A stretch of 64,000 nt of DNA from an uncultured Bacteroidia bacterium. GTDB taxonomy: Bacteria > Bacteroidota > Bacteroidia > Bacteroidales > Prolixibacteraceae. Where the stretch lies: positions 6,262 through 70,261 of the forward strand of contig CAIUUO010000202.1 of assembly GCA_903902325.1 (NCBI GenBank), written 5' to 3'. A program made the translations under genes and the position numbers. The notes under the pieces were generated by a model. It saw nothing but the letters and a program-made list of their open reading frames with translations, ran no database searches and had not been told where the DNA came from. Each line of letters begins with the position of its first letter. Position 1 is the stretch's first letter. Positions 37,260 through 44,779 of the stretch are shown in pieces.

Positions 37260-38141
37260 TTGACGTTGATCATGGGAAAGTCAGGATTCTATCTGCTCAG
37301 GGCCTTAACCTGGTTTATTCAATTGTTTCCACTCAGGATCCATTTTTTGGTATCTGATATTCTGTTTGTTTTACCGTATTACATCGTTCGATACCGGCGG
37401 GATGTTGTGGCAACTAACCTTGCCAACTCCTTCCCGGAGAAATCACTGAAGGAACGTAATTTGATTGCCCGAAAATTTTACCATCATTTCTGCGATGCAT
37501 TCGTGGAAAATTTATATTTCGATAGAATTTCAAGGCGGGAAGGGAAAAATCGCGTGAAATATCTGAATCCTGAATTGTTGAATGGCTATTTGGATGAAGG
37601 CCGGCAAGTATTTGCCTTTTTCGGACATTACAACAACTGGGAGTGGTTCTGTAACTTGTCCTTGTACTCCGATCACCGCCTCTATGCCGTTTATAAAAAG
37701 CTCAGAAGCCAGACTTTTGAACTCTTTTACCGTCACATCCGAAGCAGGTTTGGTGTAATTCCGCTCGAAAAAGCGGATACTTTCAGACAATTGAAGCTGG
37801 ATCATCAGGATAATATCCCTTCCATGTCTGCCCTCCTTTTTGACCAAACGCCTAAACCGCATGAGATTCATCACTGGATTACTTTCCTCAACCAGGAAAC
37901 ACCGGTATTGACTGGAGCGGAAAAGGTGGCACAGAAACTTGATGGAGTGGTTCTCTTTCTCTATTCAAGAAAGATCAGGCGCGGGTATTATGAGACTGAA
38001 TTCCTGCTGGTGACGGATCATGCCAGGTCGTGTCCGGAATTTGAAATAACCGACAGATGCAACAGCCTGTTGGAAAGACAGATCCTTGAACAGCCTGAAT
38101 TCTGGCTTTGGTCGCATAAAAGGTGGAAACACAAACGTTAA
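37260..38141 (+). CDS. Lipid A biosynthesis (LpxL/HtrB-like) lysophospholipid acyltransferase family protein
   Basis: 293 aa with an N-terminal membrane anchor. Acyltransferase motif FFGHYNNWEW (H-x4-E/D type) and C-terminal PEFWLWSHKRWK, typical of the HtrB/MsbB family. Confidence 0.8.
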   Translation: MTLIMGKSGFYLLRALTWFIQLFPLRIHFLVSDILFVLPYYIVRYRRDVVATNLANSFPEKSLKERNLIARKFYHHFCDAFVENLYFDRISRREGKNRVKYLNPELLNGYLDEGRQVFAFFGHYNNWEWFCNLSLYSDHRLYAVYKKLRSQTFELFYRHIRSRFGVIPLEKADTFRQLKLDHQDNIPSMSALLFDQTPKPHEIHHWITFLNQETPVLTGAEKVAQKLDGVVLFLYSRKIRRGYYETEFLLVTDHARSCPEFEITDRCNSLLERQILEQPEFWLWSHKRWKHKR

Positions 38142-38268
38142 ACTGTTACAAAACAAATAAGAAGAACCGAAAAGCAGTTTTAGCATATGGTTTTTGCTAA
38201 CCTGAGTCTCGGTTCTTCCCAATTTATCAGAAAGGATGATTTATTTTAAATTCTCCCATCCTGAACAA

Positions 38269-39639
38269 CTACAAGTTCTCCCCAAATGAAAATCCTTTCC
38301 TTGCAGGCTCCCTGATAAATACGTCCAATTCAGGATGGTTGGTGACCTTCATGTTTTTGGCATCATATTCAATTCGAGTGTTGAATCTCTGCGCGAGAAC
38401 TCCTGTGAGGGCCATCTCTACCAGTTGGGTGGCATAATCGAAATTGGATCCGGGGATTTTCCCGTTCTTGATGGCATCGATCCACTCACGCTGCGGATTT
38501 TCTTCGAAAGTCCTTGGAATTGTTTTTTCAGGCAGTTTGGTTTTTTTGAATTCTTCCCATTCCGGCATAGGCATGAGAAGCCTTGGCTCATTCGGCCTTC
38601 CACCTGTGACAAGGCTTGCTTTATCTCCCACCATGATCATGCCGCTTCCAGCTAATTTCTCAATCTTCCATTCCGGACGAATCTCGGGTTTCAGTCCGCC
38701 TTCATACCAGTGCATCTTTACAGGAACCTTGTTCCCGCGGGCAGGGAAATCCCAACGTATAACCGATTTGTCGGCTACAAAACCTGTGTCGGGAACAGGA
38801 GTCTTGAACTCAGCTTCTACAACATCGGGCATGCCCAGATCAAGCGACCAGAAAGGAGCATCCAGGGTATGGCAGCACCAGTCGCCCATCTCGCCGTTCC
38901 CGAAATCGAACCAGCTGCGCCAGGTTTTTGGAACGTAGACGCTGTTATAGGGTCTGTAAGCCGCAGGACCCAGCCATAAATCCCAATCCAGACCAGTAGG
39001 AACAGGTTGTTCAACAGGAGGGAAACTTTCGGGTTTATTGAAATATTTATTCGGACCAAAGTCCGGGCCATCAAACCAGGCAATCACCTCTGTGACATTG
39101 CCCAGCAATCCGGCTTCATACCACTCCTTGACAAGGCGAATACCATTTGTCGCGTGACCCTGGTTGGCCATCTGTGTAATGACATTGTAATGATGGGCAG
39201 CTTTCTTCAGAGTACGCAACTGCCAGATATTGTGCGCAAGAGGTTTCTCAACGATTACATGTTTGCCCAACTGCATGGCTGCCATGGCTGCCGGAAAATG
39301 GGAATGATCGGGCGTGCAAACCATCACGGCATCAATCTCCTTGTGCATCTGGTCAAACATGACCCTGTAGTCTTTGAAGCGCCTGGCTTTTGGCATAGCG
39401 GTAAATGCTTCAGCGGCCCTGTTGTCGTCGACGTCGCACAATGCGACAATGTTTTCATTCCACTTGGGGTCTTTCTGGTTAATCAATTTGCTCCAGTTGC
39501 TTTTACCCTGGCCTCCAACCCCGATTACGGCAATATTCAGACGGCCGGAGGGAGAGCAACTCATAAGATTGGGAATAAATACTGCACCCGCACTGATTAC
39601 CGATGCTGTTCTGATAAAGTCTCTTCTGGTTGGATTCAT
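38269..39639 (-). CDS. Gfo/Idh/MocA family oxidoreductase, TAT-exported
   Basis: 456 aa with TAT signal MNPTRRDFIRTASVISAGAVF. Rossmann motif IAVIGVGGQG and CTPDHSHF, typical of the family. Confidence 0.9.
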   Translation of the reverse strand: MNPTRRDFIRTASVISAGAVFIPNLMSCSPSGRLNIAVIGVGGQGKSNWSKLINQKDPKWNENIVALCDVDDNRAAEAFTAMPKARRFKDYRVMFDQMHKEIDAVMVCTPDHSHFPAAMAAMQLGKHVIVEKPLAHNIWQLRTLKKAAHHYNVITQMANQGHATNGIRLVKEWYEAGLLGNVTEVIAWFDGPDFGPNKYFNKPESFPPVEQPVPTGLDWDLWLGPAAYRPYNSVYVPKTWRSWFDFGNGEMGDWCCHTLDAPFWSLDLGMPDVVEAEFKTPVPDTGFVADKSVIRWDFPARGNKVPVKMHWYEGGLKPEIRPEWKIEKLAGSGMIMVGDKASLVTGGRPNEPRLLMPMPEWEEFKKTKLPEKTIPRTFEENPQREWIDAIKNGKIPGSNFDYATQLVEMALTGVLAQRFNTRIEYDAKNMKVTNHPELDVFIREPARKGFSFGENL

Positions 39640-39798
39640 TGTGATTTCATTCTTTAAAATTTATGATTGAAATGTGAAGAAATGCCGACTAATAATGCTG
39701 ACTAATTTAGTGAATTTTGTATTATCCTTTGTATTAAAAATTCAAAGAATCTAACTTTTGAAAGGGGGTTATTTCAATTTGATTCTTAGAGATTTTCG

Positions 39799-40971
39799 TC
39801 AATTTTCTTTTCCGATGTTCATACCTAAAAAATAAACTATTACCACGACTGTTGCCACTGCCGTTGCCAGGAATGCCGCTGTTGCTCCGAATCTGAACCA
39901 GACGACTCCGGTAAGTGAACTTGCAAGCATGGTACAGATACTTTGCAATCCTGTAAATGTACCGATGGCGGTCGCAGTATCCTTCTTGTCGGAGATGTTT
40001 GAAATCCATGCCTTGGATATTCCCTCCGTGGCCGAAGCATAGATGCCGTAAAGAAAGAACAATCCGAATATCAGAATCATATTGTTGCTGATGGCCATGC
40101 CGGCATAGACTACCGAAAATAGCCCCAGCCCGGTAATGAAAATTGTTTTTAATCCGATCCTGTCGGCAAGGATACCTACCGGGAAGGAAGACAGGGCGTA
40201 GATCAGGTTGTAAAAAATATAAACTCCGATGACCATGGTGTCATCCAGTCCGGCTTGCCTGGCCTTCAACAACAGGAAAACATCGGAACTATTGAAAAGT
40301 GTAAAAACCAGCAATCCGATTACCAGTTTCCTGTAAGCCTTCGGACTCACCTTCCAGTATTTAAGAAAAGAAAAAAACGGAGTGGAAACTTTGGGCTTCG
40401 CATCGGCAGGGATCTTCTCTTTCAGGAAAAATGTGGAGACAACTGCCAGAAGTCCCGGAAAAAAAGCGATAAAGAACAATGTTTTGTAATTCCCGGGATT
40501 AAAGTAAAGCCAGACAAGTGCGAATACCGGCCCGAGCACGGCTCCAAGGGTATCCAATGAACGATGAAACCCGAAAACCTTTCCTTTTGTTGCCGGGGTT
40601 GCTTCATCTGAAAGCATGGCATCCCTTGCGCCGGTCCTGAGTCCTTTGCCGATCCGGTCCATAGTTCGTGCAAGGAAGATCCAGAGCGGATAAACAAAAA
40701 GCGCCATCATCGGTTTGGAAATGGCACTGAGGGAGTAACCATACCGGACAAAAGGAACGCGGCGCCCTGAATTGTCAGAAAGTTTTCCGAAGTACCCCTT
40801 GCTTAGTCCTGCCGTTGCCTCTGCCACACCTTCCAGGATACCGATCAGAACCACTGAGAACCCTATGCTCTTGAGATAGATGGGCATGACCGGGTACAGC
40901 ATTTCACTGGCTACGTCCGTAAACAAACTGATCAGGGATAAAGTCCAGATGGTGCGTGTGATGTATTTCAT
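39799..40971 (-). CDS. MFS transporter
   Basis: 390 aa with about 12 TM helices and an MFS loop motif GKLSDNSGRRVP. Confidence 0.85.
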   Translation of the reverse strand: MKYITRTIWTLSLISLFTDVASEMLYPVMPIYLKSIGFSVVLIGILEGVAEATAGLSKGYFGKLSDNSGRRVPFVRYGYSLSAISKPMMALFVYPLWIFLARTMDRIGKGLRTGARDAMLSDEATPATKGKVFGFHRSLDTLGAVLGPVFALVWLYFNPGNYKTLFFIAFFPGLLAVVSTFFLKEKIPADAKPKVSTPFFSFLKYWKVSPKAYRKLVIGLLVFTLFNSSDVFLLLKARQAGLDDTMVIGVYIFYNLIYALSSFPVGILADRIGLKTIFITGLGLFSVVYAGMAISNNMILIFGLFFLYGIYASATEGISKAWISNISDKKDTATAIGTFTGLQSICTMLASSLTGVVWFRFGATAAFLATAVATVVVIVYFLGMNIGKEN

Positions 40972-41028
40972 AGTTGGTTTGCCGGAAAGTTAAATTTGTG
41001 GGAGTATAGCGGGAAAATGAAAATAATT

Positions 41029-41129
41029 AACCGCAAAGATCGTAAAGATTTCTCGCAAAAATCACAAAGTTTGATCTTTGGACCTTAAACTTTGCGTACC
41101 TCTGCGCCTCCTCTGCGTCCTCTGCGGTT
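41029..41129. repeat. Imperfect inverted pair of short-period repeat arms (AACCGCAAAG... / ...CTCTGCGGTT)
   Basis: Left arm: aaccgcaaagatcgtaaagatttctcgcaaaaatcacaaag. Right arm: ctttgcgtacctctgcgcctcctctgcgtcctctgcggtt. The right arm is an imperfect reverse complement of the left, giving a potential long hairpin. Confidence 0.75.
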
Positions 41130-41168
41130 AAAAATTCGACTATCCGGATAGCCATTCTGCTCAGGATC

Positions 41169-42026
41169 CTATTTTAAAAGAACAAACCCTACAGGCAACT
41201 CTCCATTGTTTCCGATAGCTGCAATGAATCGCAACTCACGCTGGGTGAAATTGCCGGTGATCTCACAATTTCCGCCGTTAATTTCGGACCTGATTGATGG
41301 AGCAAAAAGCACTTTATCATCAAGCAGAAGAGCTATGGAATTGTGCATGTTTCGTTTTGTAGCTTCAGCCCACAGATCGATAGCCGATTTTTTGAATCTG
41401 ATATCGATGTAGTTTCTCCTGGAGGTTGAGTCTGTTTTTGCCATTATGCTCTCAATGGCCGAACCAGTTAATAATGCACCATTCCTTTCGTCAGGTTTTA
41501 GAGCATATAGACATACCTCTGATTTTTCAAAGAGTTCAGTCCATACAAATTTGCATTTCTGACCCGGTTGAGTGGCCTTTAAATAGTCGTTCACAAGATT
41601 TATCCGGGATGGAGTAGTGCATCCGATTTCGGCGGATGAATCGCGCGGCGTTTTTGATTGAAGGAGAGACAAAAGTTGGGTGTCATTCTTTAACAATTGC
41701 TTTATCTGCAGGTAATTCCAGGTTTCATAAAACTCAAGGACACCCTTCTGCGTGATTAGTCTCTGAACCAATTTCATCTCGTTGTCATTTGCAAGAATAA
41801 CCGCAATCTGATTCTTGCCGATCGCCTTTACTTCATATTTGTCGGCGCCAAAGCTCTTTAATCTGGCGGAAATGATATCAACAGATCTGGTCAGTTCGGA
41901 TGCTGTTATTTGACTCTCAGTTGATTGAATAAGTATTTTGTGACGATTGTTTGGTTTGCTTTTCAGACCCGTTGCGACCATTCCAAATAGGATTACTGCA
42001 ACCAAAACATAAATAATTGATTTCAT
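41169..42026 (-). CDS. Membrane-anchored hypothetical protein with a SecD-periplasmic-head-like N-terminal segment
   Basis: 285 aa with one N-terminal TM helix. The segment SVDIISARLKSFGADKYEVKAIGKNQIAVILANDNEMKLVQRLITQKGVLEFYE resembles the SecD P1 head motif. No SecD/F membrane domain is present. Confidence 0.45.
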   Translation of the reverse strand: MKSIIYVLVAVILFGMVATGLKSKPNNRHKILIQSTESQITASELTRSVDIISARLKSFGADKYEVKAIGKNQIAVILANDNEMKLVQRLITQKGVLEFYETWNYLQIKQLLKNDTQLLSLLQSKTPRDSSAEIGCTTPSRINLVNDYLKATQPGQKCKFVWTELFEKSEVCLYALKPDERNGALLTGSAIESIMAKTDSTSRRNYIDIRFKKSAIDLWAEATKRNMHNSIALLLDDKVLFAPSIRSEINGGNCEITGNFTQRELRFIAAIGNNGELPVGFVLLK

Positions 42027-42102
42027 AAAGTTCTAATTTTAAGTTAAATACAAGCCGCTCTCTTTCGAAAGGGCGAAAAAAACAGATACTAAACGGGAAT
42101 AT

Positions 42103-42495
42103 TCAACTTAAAATCAGAAGGATATCATTATCGGGCTGATGAAACTGATTAAAAAACCAATGTTGGGTGATTGGTTTAATTAATAATAGGGCTTTTTGAC
42201 GGGCTATGTATTTTTGATCTGTTATCCCGTTTTCGGAAATTACCTTAAATTTTACACTGAGAAGGTTGAATTTTGTACTGATGCTGAACGGAATGATTTT
42301 TTTTTGAAAGACAACCTGCTGAACATTGTTATAGGCAACTGAATTTGAATGAATCAGAGAAGCCATTTCTGTCTGAATCGCCCTGCCAGCAGGTTTTTCA
42401 TCGTATTTGGCGAACGAGCATACGAATAGGAAGAACAATACGATTAGAATTGCTGTCCCCGGGTATCCCTTGTTATCTGTCCGTTGCAAGATCAT
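42103..42495 (-). CDS. Hypothetical membrane-anchored protein
   Basis: 130-aa ORF with one N-terminal hydrophobic helix. No motif recognised. Confidence 0.35.
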   Translation of the reverse strand: MILQRTDNKGYPGTAILIVLFFLFVCSFAKYDEKPAGRAIQTEMASLIHSNSVAYNNVQQVVFQKKIIPFSISTKFNLLSVKFKVISENGITDQKYIARQKALLLIKPITQHWFFNQFHQPDNDILLILS

Positions 42496-42581
42496 CTAAC
42501 AAATGTAAGATTTTTTTATTATTTCTTCATCAGCCAGACTTCTGAAACGATTTTAATCCAACCGTCCGAATTCCATCAACA

Positions 42582-42992
42582 TTATACCCCAACATATTTT
42601 GTAATGTAGTACCCCGAAATACTGACTACCGTCGTGATAAACGTTCCCCAGATCAGGTCGACGACGACCACATTGAGCGGAAAGCCCTTCAGGGTGGCAT
42701 AGTTGGTCAAATCATAGGTGGCATAGGTGATAAGTCCGAAAATTGCGCCAAGTACCAGAGCCCTTCCCGGGGATTGTTTTTCAATGGATGGATAGATCAC
42801 GAAAATAAAGATTCCAATAATGAAAAGCAGATAAAAAATAAGTGCTGCGACCCAGTTGACGGTATCGCTCATAAGTGCGCCAAGATATTTTTTGTAAATA
42901 TTTTTGGCAATCAGTCCTAGCCAGATCATATCTACAGCAAAAAACACAAGGGTCGTCAGCAGGTAGCTGATCAGCATTTTTGTATACGTCAT
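42582..42992 (-). CDS. DUF2177 family membrane protein
   Basis: 136 aa with 4 TM helices. The N-terminus LLTTLVFFAVDMIWLGLIAKNIYKKYLG matches my recollection of DUF2177 proteins. Confidence 0.65.
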   Translation of the reverse strand: MTYTKMLISYLLTTLVFFAVDMIWLGLIAKNIYKKYLGALMSDTVNWVAALIFYLLFIIGIFIFVIYPSIEKQSPGRALVLGAIFGLITYATYDLTNYATLKGFPLNVVVVDLIWGTFITTVVSISGYYITKYVGV

Positions 42993-43211
42993 AATTGTTG
43001 TTTTGATTGTTGATTATGGAAGAGAAATCGAATATCTGATAAAAATACAGAATAATTAGCGCTTTTAAGCAGAAAATTTTGCTTGTTTTGCTGAAATTGA
43101 TAATTGTAATCATTACAAATAATTATAGCCCGCATTAAACTTTTTGAAGGGAAGATTGTCAAAAGGGCTCAAAGAACAAGGCTTGATTTTTTTGCAATTT
43201 ATTATTTTCCG

Positions 43212-44429
43212 ATGTCCCGACATATTCCTCCTACCATTGTCTTCCTGATAATACTATTTTTTTTCGCGAGTCGCCCGGCAGCCGGGCAATATGGAATGGC
43301 GGAGAAAAAAGATAGTACAATCATCCTGCAAAAAGATGTAGTGGATTTATTTCATCACAAAATGATATCCCAATTGCGCATGGACAGCATGAAACTGCAA
43401 GGGAAAGGGCCTTTCATCTCTGTCATGCCGGTTGTGGGTTATTCCATGCAATCCGGTCTGACGGGCGCCATCGTTTCGAATACCTCATTCTATACGGATG
43501 ACAGCAGGTCCAGATTCTCGAATCTCCTCCTCAACGGATATTATTCCCAGTTTCACCAATACTGGTTCACTGCCAACACCAATATATTTTTCGAAAAGCA
43601 CAAGATCCATCTTTTCGGTGACACACGCTACTACAATTTCCCAACCCAAACGTATGGATTGGGCACAGGCAGTCAATTATCAGATGAACTTGATATCAAG
43701 TTTTCTTATTTGCGGATTTACCAGTATGTCTACCATGAGTTAAGACCAAATATTTACGTGGGCATAGGCTACAACCTGGACTCTCACTGGAACATCAAAT
43801 CAGATACCATTCCCGGAAAGGCCTTGGAAGATTTAAAGAAGTACCAGAAAGACTGGAATTCGATATCTTCCGGATTATCGCTTAACCTGTTGTTCGACAA
43901 TCGGGTAAATTCAGTCAATGCGGATTCGGGAAGCTATGCTTTCCTGCAGTACCGTACCAACCTGAAAGGTCTGGGCAGTGACAACAACTGGCAATCCATG
44001 GTCATTGACCTGAGGCATTATATCCATTTGCCGGGACTGCACCGCAATGTGCTGGCTTTCTGGAATTACAATAACTTTACCATGAAAGGCACGCCACCCT
44101 ATCTTGATATGCCAAGTGTTGGCTGGGATTTTTATTCGAATACCGGCAGGGGATATGTTCCTGGTAGATACACAGGAAGTAATTTTATGTACCTCGAATC
44201 CGAGTTCCGTCATGACATCACACGCAACGGATTATTTGGGGTAGTCGTGTTTGCCAATGCTGAAACGGTATTTCAAAACTGGTCAGATTCACATTCAATC
44301 ATCCCCGGTACAGGACTGGGTCTGAGGATTAAAATCAACAAACAATCCAACACCAACCTGGCGATTGACTATGGCTTCGGGGTGGGTGGATCTCACGGAT
44401 TATTCTTCAACCTGGGCGAGGTGTTTTAA
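43212..44429 (+). CDS. Outer-membrane beta-barrel protein (Omp85/bacterial surface antigen-like)
   Basis: 405 aa with a signal peptide. It has an aromatic/glycine-rich strand pattern and a C-terminal OMP signature ending LFFNLGEVF. Confidence 0.55.
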   Translation: MSRHIPPTIVFLIILFFFASRPAAGQYGMAEKKDSTIILQKDVVDLFHHKMISQLRMDSMKLQGKGPFISVMPVVGYSMQSGLTGAIVSNTSFYTDDSRSRFSNLLLNGYYSQFHQYWFTANTNIFFEKHKIHLFGDTRYYNFPTQTYGLGTGSQLSDELDIKFSYLRIYQYVYHELRPNIYVGIGYNLDSHWNIKSDTIPGKALEDLKKYQKDWNSISSGLSLNLLFDNRVNSVNADSGSYAFLQYRTNLKGLGSDNNWQSMVIDLRHYIHLPGLHRNVLAFWNYNNFTMKGTPPYLDMPSVGWDFYSNTGRGYVPGRYTGSNFMYLESEFRHDITRNGLFGVVVFANAETVFQNWSDSHSIIPGTGLGLRIKINKQSNTNLAIDYGFGVGGSHGLFFNLGEVF

Positions 44430-44452
44430 CAACTGAATATAAATAATTTTTT

Positions 44453-44775
44453 ACCACGAAGGACACGAAGGTTGACACAAAGGACTCGAAGTAAATTGAA
44501 TAAAATACATTCCCAACCGGGGATTCTGCCGAATGATCAGGACTTCACTCCCGGATACAAACTTGTCGCCTCACGCGACTAAATCCCGGAGTTCATCCAT
44601 TTTCACATTTTCACATTTCCCAATTTTCACATTCTTCGTCCTCCTTCCTGTATTTCCCAAACAAAAATCGGCGATTCGGAAATCGCCGCACCCAATCCTT
44701 GCCACTAACTTTCCCTTCCGTCCTCTCCGTCCCTCCGTCCTTTCCGTCCTCTCCGTCTCTCCGTTTCACCGTCCT
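44453..44775. repeat. Intergenic low-complexity repeat region (ACGAAGG-type, ttttcaca-type and ctccgtc-type arrays)
   Basis: Three runs are present: accacgaaggacacgaaggttgacacaaaggactcgaag; ttttcacattttcacatttcccaattttcacattcttcgtcctccttcc; and ccttccgtcctctccgtccctccgtcctttccgtcctctccgtctctccgt. Confidence 0.8.
44661..44688 (-). terminator. Rho-independent terminator of ppc
   Basis: 8-bp stem cggcgatt / aatcgccg with a 4-nt loop. On the minus strand it is followed by ATTTTTGTTT. It lies about 90 nt downstream of the ppc stop. Confidence 0.6.
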
Positions 44776-44779
44776 TCCA

